Of a stretch of 64,000 nt of DNA, positions 13,327-25,595 are shown one piece after another (position 1 is the first letter of the stretch; each line of letters begins with the position of its first letter). The stretch comes from Antedon mediterranea. Its lineage: Eukaryota > Animalia > Echinodermata. Under the pieces are notes generated by a model, which was not told the origin of the DNA, ran no database searches, and saw only the letters and a list, made by a program, of their open reading frames with translations. The translations under genes were made by a program, and so were the position numbers. The DNA lies in NCBI RefSeq assembly GCF_964355755.1, contig NC_092671.1:18166001-18230000 (forward strand), written 5' to 3'.

Positions 13327-13520
13327 CTGTACTCTTTGAACTTTAAAATAGCTTGAATTTAACACGTTTTAACAGGTATCGATACAACAAACGTTTCGTT
13401 ATTGTTGAAAGCTAAAATAGATGTTTCTAGATTTTTTTTATTTACGGCTTGGGGAATTATTAAAAACATTATGCCTCATTGATTTTGTAACTCCGCCCCT
13501 CAACTAGCTACGTCACGAAC
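13327..13520 (-). promoter_or_regulatory. Putative non-coding exon 1 and core promoter of TCP11L
   Basis: Strong minus-strand donor CAG|GTAAGT at 13326/13327, a GC box CCGCCC at 13493-13498, a CRE-like TACGTCA at about 13509, and local CpG enrichment. Confidence 0.55.
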
Positions 13521-14076
13521 GAAAACAACCACACTCTACGGGGAGCCATTTGGAACATTTTATTTAAAAAATTATTCTTAGAACTTAAAATGGGAATCTC
13601 TACAACTTCTGTACTATTTGTCTCGTTAGCCAATTATAATAGCATCGTCTGCCATCTAATTTAAAACAAATGAAACAAAAATTAAAAAAACAATAACCAA
13701 TTTAAGGACACGCATTTATTCTAACAGTTAATAAAAAAAAATGTAGGACTACATTTTAATATAAAAGATATCTTGATGTTTTATTATTTACAAATATTTA
13801 AAAAAAGAATTAAGGAAAAATATATACAAATGTTTTCACATATCGTATTGGATAAAAGTTATGCATTTCAGACGGTTACCAAACAGTTCCGAAAAGTCTA
13901 CAACATATAGATCCAAGCTAAAATTCAGTCGCGCCCGGAAAATCGGTCCGTGCCCTAAGAAAAGTAGTGTGGAAAAGAGGTTTAGTTCCGGGTAAAGCAT
14001 GATCATTTCGAATTCGTGCTCGATGAAAGCACGCTCAAAAATGCTTAAAGATTTTCCAAGACAAATCTGGTAAAAT

Positions 14077-15834
14077 TTAGTAATTAAATAGTTTAACGTT
14101 GTTTTCGTTCAAGCATGTTACTGCTACTTTTCTAGGTCTGTTGGAAATTATAGAAATTCCACTTGGTTTCAAACAATCACCACTAAAATCTATCCGTTTA
14201 TGAACACGCCATTTTTATCAAATAATTGTAATTTATGATAGCTTGAAACTAACATGTTTTCATCCTTGTCAATTACTATGCTATTAGGGCCCCATACTTT
14301 CCCATCCTCCTTACTATACCCAACAAGCGTTTTTATAAACTTACCGCTTGCATCAAACTCTTGTATTTTATGATTACCAAAATCAGTAACAATCAAATGA
14401 CCTTCCTTGGTTAAGATGACATCGTGTGGTAGAACCAGTCGACCAATGTCATTACTATCTAAACCTACCTTACCCAACAGTCTTCCATCATCAATATTGA
14501 ATTTTAAAACACATTGAGATTTTCTGTCTGCAACATACAGAGTTCTTGTTTGATTGTTTAACGTTAAACCTTTTGGATGTTTCAGCATTCCTTTACCAAA
14601 TTGAGTGATTTCTTGAAATGTTTCAGTACACATTACAATACTCTTTCGTAGCTCATCAACATACAACAGGTGACCATCTTTCATTCGACACATTCTATCA
14701 ACCATGGCATTTGATGCCACTTCTATACTAGAAACAAATACACCTACTTGGTTAAACTTTAGTATTTCTTTACCGGAGCTTGATGATACCAATATACAAC
14801 CATCTGTATCCAATTCTACATCTGATAAATGCTGACTCTTTTCGCGTAGGCTTACTGTATGGATGTCGTCAATAGTAAGTGCCAGTCCTGTTGGTTCAAC
14901 TTTGATTTTTACTGGTGATCCTCTGATCCGTGATACTCCAGCAGCGATATCCATCATCCAATAACCTTCTTCGTCACAGCTACCATTTACTTCGTAGTTT
15001 CCATTTTCTAAGTATTCTACCTCCCCAATTTCCAATTTTCCTTCTGTAGGGTTTATCAGAGTAGCTGCTAACTTACATGAATAATTGTCTATAATTGTTG
15101 CAATCTTTACTAAAAATGATTGTCCCTTTGTTACGATAATGGACTCGTCTTCTTTATCAATGATGTACCTGTTATCAATACTTGTGATTTTACCGATGCC
15201 TTCCATGAGAACATCATCTAAATATGTATTTACAGTGAATGTTGGTTTAAGGTTCTTTGTGTAAACAGAATATTTGGAATGCATTTCCATTATGTTTTGT
15301 TTCACAATATTTACATTCGACTTGTAGATATTAAGAACATTTTCAGTTTCTGGCTTGTTGAATGTTTCTGTAACATATATCTTCAGACTTTGTACTTGCA
15401 TTTGATGTGATTCAAGTTCTTTCACTTGATTTTCAAGAGCTTTATATTTTTTGCTTATGTATGATTTCAAGATCAAACAAAAGTTTGTTGCTTTTCTCTT
15501 CAACTTGTTTATCAAGGGCTTCTTTATGCTGTTCAATAACCGTTTTTATATATTGTACATGCGTTTCAAAATCAGCCTTGTCTTCGATTATAGAATCATA
15601 AATTGCCTCTAATTCCCGTTTTGTATCATCAACTGCTTTGAAAACTTCAGCTGCATGTTTGTTAAACGTATTTATAGCATCTCTCATTGGTTTTGTATCA
15701 TGTCCTGCTTTGAAACAACTCATAAAAAGATAGCATTTCTTGCAGAAACTTTTGGAGCAAGTTGAACAAAACCGATCTAATGTGCTATCGGGGTGGTTTT
15801 GGCAACTACCAAGCACGTCTGATTCACTTGCCAT
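14077..15834 (-). pseudogene. TRIM2/3-like B-box/coiled-coil/filamin/NHL gene lacking a RING, with two frameshifts (pseudogene or assembly error)
   Basis: A single large exon starts ag|ATG at 15834. It encodes a B-box (CQNH...FCSTCSKSFCKKC...CFKAGH), a coiled coil, a filamin repeat (NGNYEV...IRGSPVKIKV) and NHL repeats (HPKGLT...LYVADR, LPHDV...IVTDFGNHKIQEFD). There is a +1 shift in the A6 run (15447-15452) and a -1 shift in the A3 run (14197-14199). Correcting the second restores the last NHL blade ...KPSGISII...VKLFNY* ending at 14077. Confidence 0.8.
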
Positions 15835-17201
15835 CTGTAAAAGCATAACATTAAAAAAAAAAGACCCTGTCAGTAATAAGGCCTACGTTTTACAGTTTAA
15901 CTGAACTGCCCTAAAAACCACTTCTAATCTAAGTTTTAATGTATGATTTTTAAATTACCTAAAATAATACTGGTGTTGTTATTACAATTTAATACAAACA
16001 TTTGCTGTTGCAACTAACCTTATTTTCTTGAATAACGAACCTCTTCTGGTTATAAAATGATATTTTGGGTTTTTTTTAATACGTGTACTTAAGATGTTCA
16101 CCCATGCAGAAACTAGCTCTTTAAAATGCAAGCAAAAGCAAACTTAAAATAGGAATGACAAAAGCACAATATGCCCGAGCATTGAAAGTTGTGCTCCATG
16201 GTCTGCTGGGGAATATTAATAATAATATTAAAATAATAATAATGCCATAATCTGTCAGCATGGTGCTATCTACATTGTAGTTTGTACATTTTAAATCACC
16301 CTTTCTAATCTAACAATAACCACAAACTCAAACCCACAACCTATTACAAGCCTATGCATTTACCTGTATAATGTTCTTGAAAAAGTATACAATCTGATTT
16401 ACATGTTTAGCAAAGTTGTAGAGGCAAAATAAATCATTACGCGGAAAAACAAAGGTTTGCTTTGAAAGCCTTCAAGCTCAAAGTTGTCTTGGTAATTGCA
16501 TGATTTTATTGACCCAAAATGGCAATATTATAAATATACTGTATTAAGTGTATATCATGTAAGAATATAGCAGCATAAGCGAAGTCTTCCTCCTATCTCT
16601 CAACACCTTGTTTGATTGCGAATTTAATTGACTAAGCTAAATCAACTACAGAAGAAAAACTGAATTTAATCATAATATACATCCTCAAAACATTTATGTA
16701 TACCCGATAGGCTGGTGATTAAATAGAGCATTTCAAACTATTTTACGTTACACAAATGTTTACGGTAATACTGTTAAACTAAAATAATTATTTTACATTA
16801 TTAAATAGAATATCCATCAAAAAAAGCATAATTTAATGAAGAACAATAATTAAAACTGTTACGTCAAAAATTCGAGCTGAATTTGTGTAAAGAAATATTT
16901 CTTAACATCAAATTAATGGCTGTAAATTGTGAATTAGACCTCAGACGAACCTTCGATGATAAATCACAACATTGTTTTAGGAATTAACAATCACATAAAA
17001 AACGTTGGAAAATGTTTTATAATGTGATCATTTTAACATCGGAGTAATTTTTACTACAGTATTATATTATTTACCATCATTTTACTATTGTATAAAATGT
17101 ATTGCATCTAATATTTGTATACATTACATTCTTTTATTCCTGTCCACCCAGGCAGCACTTGCCAGTTCTTATGCTATGACGTCATCCAAATTTCAACACT
17201 T

Positions 17202-17238
17202 GCACCGATGAAGGGCTAGTGTTGCCCGAAAGCTCTGC
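17202..17238 (+). ncRNA. Minimal type-I hammerhead ribozyme, Penelope-like-element type
   Basis: GCA-CCGATGA-A-GGGC(tagtgtt)GCCC-GAAA-GCTC-TGC: stem I GCA/TGC, core C[C]GAUGA, stem II GGGC/GCCC, GAAA, minimal palindromic stem III AGCT, and a CUC cleavage triplet. Followed by a T-rich pLTR-like tract. Confidence 0.65.
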
Positions 17239-18064
17239 TAATTTTTCTGGCTGTTTTACTTTATCGTTTTGATTTAGCTTTTTTTTTTATATCTCTATTG
17301 AGATCCAGCCACTGATACCCACAGCATTGTCATTTTTTCAGTAATTTGCCTTTTGATTTATACCTTATTGTTTTATTATCCTTTACAGAATTATCTGTAT
17401 CGGTATAACCAACTATAATCATAGGCAAGACGTCTATGGGTTGGGTCATTCTATAAAATTTATCTTGTATTCATTGTATAGATAAATAAATATAAAGCAA
17501 CAAGCCCATTTATCGCATGTAAACAGACTTTTCTTGCAAACAACTCACAGTTGCCCTTTCCTGGGACGGATCCATGGGTTGCCCTTTGGGGTGCGATCCC
17601 CTTTTGATAGGTAAAATTAAAGTATGAACTCCTTTTTGACAGACTATAAAAAGAAAAATTCTGGATCTGCCCCTCTCAATCAAGCTTGTCATATTTTGGT
17701 TTTAAAAAAGTAAACAATATTTACAGTAAAGTAATTTTTTATTTTCTATAAAAAATACATACAATGGAATAATTTATAAAACTGTATAATCTCACACTCA
17801 ATGAAATAACTAACACTTAGGGAAAGGTTCCAGCAATATAAACAAATTGCACTAATATGCCAAGACAAGGTACATTAACTGAAAATAGTTGCATAGGCCT
17901 GAAAAATCATTAGTTTATTTGCTTTCAAACACTGCCCCAATTCTACTTAAAAAACGGGCAGCAGACAACATGCCTTTTGTAAAAAAGTTTTTGTTCAGGC
18001 ATTCAACTGGTACATGATTTAAAATGTATCTAAATGTTGTACAGTAAGTAAAATATGCTGAATG

Positions 18065-21000
18065 CTAGTGAAAACGATACTGTCGAGCTGGTTTTAAATT
18101 TATGTAAGTTTTCTTCATTTCTTCTGACTCACGAGGGCGCATATCAACATACCTCTCACCTCGTGTTGACACAACTTGGTTACCAATGTAACGTACACGT
18201 TTCTTCTCATCCTATTGATGTTAACAAAATAGTAACAAAATACTTCAGAAACTCTGATTTGGGAGGGAGACACCTTTTTTTTGTAAAACTAGTTTGATAG
18301 TGTAGACAGACCTTTAGACATTATACAAACCTCTTTTTGCACTAGTGGTCGATGATCTATCTTATCATCATCAGTATCAACATATGAATATTTCTGTAAT
18401 ATATTTTCTTTAAGTTTAGTTTCATAATTTTCAGAGTGTGTTTTATATCTTGTTGATGTTGTCATCTGTAAGAAATCATAAAGCAATATAAGTCAGGGCT
18501 ACAGTACAATAAAAACATGTGTAAAAATATGTCTTGAAAATGAACATCTCAAATGGATAAAAATGTGGTCACTATTGTGAAATTATGAAGAGGAACAAAT
18601 TTTGATCTATCATAAAAATGATGATACAATACAACTTGTTGCATCTAAAAGCCCTAGGACAAAAAAATATCAGCCAGTCCAAAAAACAATCTTATTGCAT
18701 AAAGAAATGCGCGAGATTTGAATACAAGATATATAGAAATTCATTCATCAGAAAACACCTACAAACCAACAAAAACAATTACAAAGTGTCACATCACTCT
18801 CGTACAGTATACTGACAAGCATTCATTTAGATAAAAGCTGTTACAAAACCTATTTTTTTGAGAGATGATGGGTTATCGGTAACGTCTACCGCTACATAAC
18901 ACCTCAAATATGCATGGAATGAGTAGATTCTACATGTGCAAATTCATATCCTACCTGTTGTTTAAGTTTTTCTGATTCTCCTGTGTCCTGTCTTAGTAGC
19001 ATCAACTGTGCTGCTTTCTCTACTTCTCCCTCTGCCATTGATAAACAATGCTTTACTTCCAATTGGCAAGAAGCGGGAAACATTTCTAATAACAAACGCA
19101 TATTCTCCTCAATAGATGAATGCTAAAATTAAAAATAGTTGGTTTTAAAAAATGTATTAACACAGGTCCACACTTTTTAAATATTTTTTTGTACTGTATT
19201 AGTATATTACCTTTTCGTCTACTTCTTCTGACACAATCTCTGTATCATTTAACTTTGAATTTTTTCTATCATCTGTTGCATCACATGACGGCAATATAAA
19301 CAGCTCAGGTGTTTCTGAGGATATCTGAGGTGTGTTTACTGTAATATAAAAAAAAATATATATAAAAAGTATGAAAATAATGTAGGTTGGGCAGCGTTGC
19401 CAGCGATAAAATTTAAAATATGCCGTATCCTGTCTCAAATAATGCCAGATTGGGAAAAATAATGCCAGATCCCCAAAATGTGGCCCTAAACAGCGCCACC
19501 AACGGTTGTATGTCTAATAAACGTTTGTAAAACCCCAACTGACACAAAATAGGGCCTAAATTGTATCCCTATGTCGTTCAAAAATTGTATTTTTAGTTTT
19601 GTGAGTAATAACTAATAATTCTAAAAATATCTGGGGTGCGAAAATGGTAATTGCAAATGACACAAACACCAATCCACGAACCCTTCTCCCCCCCCCCCCC
19701 ACCCCCCACAAAAAACCTGTTACAGCCATGGAAATTTAGAATTTTTGAGCTGAAATATGAGAGCTGCTCGATCTTTGCACTTAATTTCAAATATGAAAGG
19801 ATCTTAGCCCACCATAATTAGAAAATGGCAATTATAATTTAAAATAGGAAAAATATATATTAAGTGTCTCCAGGACCTCAGTCCCACCGTGGTTGATAAG
19901 AAAATTTTGAAAAATTCTGATGGCCGGAAATGCCACTTAATTTAAAATATGAAATAAAAATATATTTATTAGTGTCTCCAGGATCTTAGCCCACCATAGT
20001 TCGAAAATGGCAATTATAATTGAAAATAGGAAATCAAAATAATTATATATTAAAAAAGTGTCTCCAGGACCTCAGCCCCACCATGGTTGGGACTGAGGTA
20101 CAAACATTTGGAAAATAGAGCTACTCGATGGCCGGAAATTGCACTTAATTTCAGATATGAAATAAAAATATATTTATTAGTACCTCCAGGATCTTAGCCC
20201 ACCATAGTTCGAAAATGGCAATTATAATTTTAAATAGGAAATAAAAATATATATTAAGTGTCTCCAGGACCTCAGCTCCACCATGGCTGGTGCTGAGGTA
20301 AGAAAATTTTGAAAAATAGAGCTGCTCAATGGGCGAAAATGGCACTTAATTTCAAATATGAAATAAAAATATATTTATTAGTACCTCCAGGATCTTAGCC
20401 CATCATAGTTTTGAAAATGGCAATTATAATTTAAAATAGGAAATAAAAATATATATTAAGTGTCTCCATGACCTCAGCCCCACCATGGTTGGGGCTGAGG
20501 TAAAAAAAATTGGAAAAATAGAGCTGCTCGATGGGCGGAAATGGCACTTAATTTTAAATAAAAATTACCTCGCCCACATGGTCACTACTGGGGCTGAGAG
20601 GTGAAGAACATTTGGAAAAATAGGGTTGCTACGACGATGCAAATGGAACATAATTTGAAATATGGAAAACAAATTCTCCTAGAAGAAATTCTTTTTAAAA
20701 TTAGAGCTTATAGTTACTGGAAATTGCCATTTCAAGGGTTGGGGTAGGGGTGCGGCCACTTATAATTATGAACTGAAACAACAAAACCCCTTTCATAATG
20801 TTTTCGTTAAATTGTCTCTATATCTGGGGATCCAATAACCTGCATGGTCTCTGAAATAGAGCAACATAATTGGCCAATAGCTAGCCTCTTCGGATTTGTT
20901 GTGCTGCCTATATCGCACACACGGTAGTTTTCGAGCAGCCTTCCTATCCGAAGAGTCTATTTAAGTCCGAAACAAAAGGATGGAAGAACTATTGTACGGA

Positions 21001-22241
21001 AAACCCGAACAGATCTGTTTTGTACGATATGATATTGTGTAAGGTGATATGTACCCGGGGATATGTATTAAATTGCAAGATTAAACAAAATATTTTATTT
21101 TTGTTCTGTGGTATATTATTTTTTTGGTTGTTCAAAAAACACAAAATTATGCCAGATTATGCTAAAAACGGCTAAATAATGCCGCGGCATTATGCCAGAT
21201 GCCGTGGGCCTCTAAATAATGCCAAAAAGCATAATAATGCCAAAAATGGCAACTATGAGGTTGGGAAATAATTAAATGTCAAAGGTGTCAAAGGTATCAA
21301 GTTTGCTGTTCAATTTACCTTCTTCCTGATCTTTTGATTTAAACTGCTCAGCAACATGAAATATCCATTTACAAACTTCTTCTCTAAATAATTTATAACA
21401 GAAAAAAAACTGTGAGATAAAAAAGATGAATAGTCATTTGATTAAAGGATTTTGGGTTACATGATATTAAAATTAAATACTCTATTGAACTCTCTTGAAC
21501 AAGAGTGTCCTTATGCGAGTTTATATTTGTTACACACAGTGGCACTGAGCAATCACAGTCTGTTGTTGCCTGATCATGTAAACTCTGAATCAAAGACAGA
21601 GTTTTTCCCTTTTGAATGGTTTACATTAGGTCTTACTGTAGCCTTCCTCCCGCTAAAGGTTGGTGTGTTATAAAACAAATAATAAATGTTTTATATTAGT
21701 GCAATAAGTTCATTCGGTAAAACATGAAAATTTGGTATTATTTTCACTTGGCTTTGCTTCATGAAAATATAATCTTTCATCTTTTACTGTCCTCATTATT
21801 ATATTAAATTATTGGTACCATCGCACTCATAAATTAATAATTTGGGAACATATACATTCGTACATTTTCCTATGGTTTTGTACATTTCTTACCTTTCAAT
21901 GTTTTTAAAACCTGTAATATAAGCATCCATCATTTCAATAAAATCGTCCACAGCAAAATCATCCTCACTACCAATATCTTCTAGGATTGATGAAACATAG
22001 TCCAGAACAATCTCATCTACAGAACTGAAGTAAAATAAAAGCCATTATTATCATTGTATAAAAATATGTTTAGATTTGTTGTGTATAATACTAAATACTA
22101 TAATCAAGCAGATTAGAGAAAACAAAATTGTATATAATTTTGTCTTACTGATAAGTATTTTTACCTGAGGGAGTTGTAGATGAAATGCTTCTTAGCAAAT
22201 ATCACAAGTTTGTCTTCAATATTAAAATTTTCACTTGCCAT
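18065..22241 (-). CDS. CUEDC2: CUE domain-containing protein 2
   Basis: Phase-consistent exons 22165-22241 (ATG), 21893-22024, 21319-21383, 19211-19338, 18955-19122, 18331-18465 and 18065-18211 (TAG). Motifs include [15 protein letters not shown]...FIEMMDAYI, the CUE domain LLEMFP, and the C-terminus [14 protein letters not shown]...[14 protein letters not shown]. Confidence 0.95.
19392..21257. mobile_element. Non-autonomous hAT element
   Basis: 8-bp TSD AGGTTGGG (19384-19391 and 21258-21265), TIRs CAGCGTTGCCA / TGGCAACTATG, and clusters of subterminal AATAATGCCA repeats at both ends. Confidence 0.85.
19750..20570. repeat. ~200-bp-unit tandem array inside the hAT element
   Basis: Units start gagctgctcgatgg at about 19760, 20118, 20319 and 20521. 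Each has two related subunits, ctccaggatcttagcccaccat and ctccaggacctcagccccaccat. Confidence 0.85.
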
Positions 22242-22487
22242 CTTAAAAAATTATTAAAAAAAATATTGTTAGAAAAAAGAAATACAAACTTTTATAATGT
22301 TTGTTATCATAGTAGGCCTAAAATTATTGTAAAAACGGTTGCAAAATAAGTTAAAATATGTTATCATACTGTATATGAAATTATAATAATGAATATTGTG
22401 GGCTAGGCCTAGCTAGCCTTTAAGTAGCATGGCCAGGTCAGGCAAGGCCCAGCCACATGCATAGCATGCAGCAGCCATCATCATATC

Positions 22488-22554
22488 AGGCTCAGCAGAG
22501 AGGGTAGAACTAGGGCCTAGGCTAGGCCCTAGTTCTACCCTCTCTGCTGAGCCT
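22488..22554. repeat. Perfect 67-bp palindrome (33-bp arms, 1-nt spacer)
   Basis: aggctcagcagagagggtagaactagggcctag-g-ctaggccctagttctaccctctctgctgagcct. Confidence 0.95.
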
Positions 22555-22689
22555 AGCCTAGCCTAGGCCTACTACCTGATATACAACTTACAACTAGAAA
22601 AAAGTATCACTTCTTCCTACACAACTGACCCTACCTATCTAGTCTAGCGATGAAGTTTATTTCATTTTATTAATTAACATTATACTTAC

Positions 22690-22985
22690 TTTACCTATCT
22701 AAGGCCTAGAGGCCTAGCCTAGGGGTCTAGAAATAATCTCAAATCAAACGATATGCCGCGCTCAAGAAAAACCAAAACAAACCAAATTGTATGGTGCGCT
22801 GTTGCTGCATTTAACACTGTTGTTATCATCAGTACCTCTGTGAACCACATTCACGAACATAACACCCATTAAATAATGCACTCGTCCACCTGTAATAAAA
22901 CACATGGTACATGTCTCTGTTGACTTGACAAATAGGAGAAGTCTCCGAAGTTTTGTTGTTGGTTTTGTTTTGTTCGTCACTAGAA
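22690..22985. promoter_or_regulatory. Putative bidirectional promoter CUEDC2 / SSBP1
   Basis: The genes are head-to-head. The SSBP1 ATG is at 22986, and candidate minus-strand donors for a non-coding CUEDC2 exon 1 lie at about 22685-22695. CpG density is raised locally. Confidence 0.55.
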
Positions 22986-25595
22986 ATGTTACGAAGAAGT
23001 CTGATCTGGGTAGGCATTATTAATAGAGATATACAAAACGAGAATAAACATAGATAGCGCATAGCCTAGCTAGGCCTAACTTAACTAGGAATAGGCCAAG
23101 TTGAGCCGCCGACAAGTTGAGCCGCCGCCAGAAAAACGTTATTTTCTATGAAACGCCAAATGCTTACTTTCGCCGGTGCTCGTTTCTATTTAATAGAAGT
23201 TCTATTTATATTAATTATTAGATATAACGATGTATATTTCAAAGTTTATATATCACGGTTTTTAGTATATATTATTAAATATTATAATTAAAGAGAAATA
23301 ATTATGAATATCTGACTTGTAGATTCTAAAATATAAGGCCTAAAACATGACCGAAAATGATCGTTTTTAGCCAAAAATGACGTAAACATGTTGCCCCCCC
23401 CCCCTTAGGCGGCAGTTGTATGAACTAGGCCTACTCCATTTTTCGGTAAAATAATTGCATAAAATCACCGTTTTTTAGTAAAATATTTTGTGTATTAACA
23501 TTGTAAAATTCAATAAAATATGATATTATTATTAAAAGATAGTAGATAAAAAACAATAATTATTTAACCTCATTCGAAGAGTATCAATACTCTATTAGTC
23601 CTGAGAGACAACGTGATTTTACACGAGAAAAATATTATGGAGTGCACTGCATTTTTACCTTGAAAGATTAAAAACAATTAAATTATTAAATATGACTACT
23701 TTCCTTTGCTGTGTTGTTATGGCGGTTCAACCGACAAAATTGTAGTATGTAATTATTATTTATTTTCATGACACAATAAACCTAAAGACCATGAACTTAT
23801 GTACTAGGACACCCCTCTATCACTACGCGAAATGTCGTAAAAGACGCACTGGGCGTTTCATAGAAATTACCGGCGGCTCAACTTGTCGGCGGCCCAACCG
23901 GTCATATCCCCTTAACTAGAGGAGTTGACTTTAGGTTAGGCTAGGCCTAGTCTAGCCTGGCCAAGCCAGGCCTCCTCGCTCGAGGAATCATCTAGCCTGA
24001 ATAACTCACCTGGAAATTCCTCTTTCCACTACTGCATGTTGGGGTAGGTTTACAGGTTGTTGTAAACGAGCTTGGTTGGTTGGTTTTGCTGAACAAGCCA
24101 ATGTTATTTATAGACCTAGGCCTACTCCATGTAATTAGAGTGGGTGGGAGGGGAGGCCTAATATACTAATGATAAAATATTTTTTTAAGATTTGACTTTT
24201 TTTCTTTCATCATGTGAATTTGATTATCCACTCTAGGTTGTTGCACAAAGATGGATGAGTAGTGAGCCTACAAGAGTAGAAAAATGTGAGTTTGACATTT
24301 ATACAGTTGTTGTATGAATGTACCATTGCATTACAAGTCCACAAAATACCACACCAAGAATTAGAGAGCAACTGCTAGATTATTGTATTTTATTCCAAAG
24401 GTCGAACCAAGAGCGCCACTGTGACGTGTACGGTATACAATTTGTTTGAGGTCCACATTTTTTCCTAAAGAAATAATTGTTATAAATGTTTGCTATTTAC
24501 AGCGGTGAATAAAGTTGTGTTGATAGGAAGAATTGGAAGAGAACCAGAGATGAGGGGTAGTCAGGAGAATCCATGCACAGCATTTCCCTTAGCCACATCA
24601 GAAAATTTCAAAGATAAAACTGGTGAGGTTCTATTTTATGATATTTTCCCCCTCCTCTCTCTATTTCAAAATCCTCTATCGGTCGAGTGTCAGTGGCATA
24701 AACGCAGATGCCTGAGGCCGCTGGTGTAGGAACCCCCCAATGCTGGAGGCCTTGGGCGTTTTTAGCTTTTTCAACATATTTTAATGCATGATTTTTCCTC
24801 TTGGCACTGCTCAGGGGCCTATGGGTAGCCAGTGAGCGCACATAGCCATAGCTGTTACTGTTGGATATAAATTGTGCAAAATGTGAATGTAAAGTTGTTT
24901 AAAGATCATGACATGCACCCATACACTGGATCTGTATCAGTGTTATAAATCACTTAGTTGCTGTATAAATGTGAATTTTCATAAATATTTTCACAGGGGA
25001 ATACCAACAGAAAACTCAGTGGCATAGGATAGTTATATTCAGACCGTGGCTCAAAGATACAGTATATACATACGCCAAAAAAGGGTAAATATACTAAAAA
25101 ATAATATTTAGTTAACTGAGGTTTTGATTATTAAATTCTTACCTGAAAGTTTCAGCTTCTTCTTATTTCTTGACCTTTGAAGTAATTCAACAACTTCAAA
25201 GAAGATTGAACATGAATTTCTAATCATAATTTTTGGGTTATTATACAATATAATAATGATTACATTTTTTTTATGAATTTAGCTCCAGAATTTATTTAGA
25301 AGGAAAAATAGAGTATGGTCAGTATACGGACGATGATGGCAACACCAATTTCACAACATCAGTAGTAGCAGGTTTGTATAATCATTGTTACCCATTCAGG
25401 CTTGTTACTTACCTGGATAAGTTGGTTTCTAGCCACCAAAGCTTGCAAAAATGGTGCCCATGAAACCAACTTACAGTATTCAAGTATTGTACATGTTCAA
25501 TCTTGATATGGCTCTTGCGTGCTAATAGTCACATATATTTTTATTTTTTAGATGATGTAATATTTTTGGACCATCGTTCAGGTGATAACTACTAA
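22986..25595 (+). CDS. SSBP1: Mitochondrial single-stranded DNA-binding protein
   Basis: Exons 22986-23009 (MLRRSLIW, presequence-like), 24237-24285, 24503-24622, 24997-25084, 25283-25371 and 25552-25595 (TAA), all phase-consistent. OB-fold motifs include [50 protein letters not shown] and ADDVIFL. Confidence 0.95.
23089..23910. mobile_element. Mutator-like (MULE) MITE, copy 2
   Basis: 9-bp TSD CTTAACTAG (23080-23088 and 23911-23919). Same TIRs and body as 12474-13263. Lies in SSBP1 intron 1. Confidence 0.88.

Noticed and set aside
15823-15836. TRIM and CUEDC2 both begin ag|ATGGCAAGTGAA (MASE)
   Set aside because: Only about 14 nt match, in a Kozak-like start context, with no further homology; probably coincidence.
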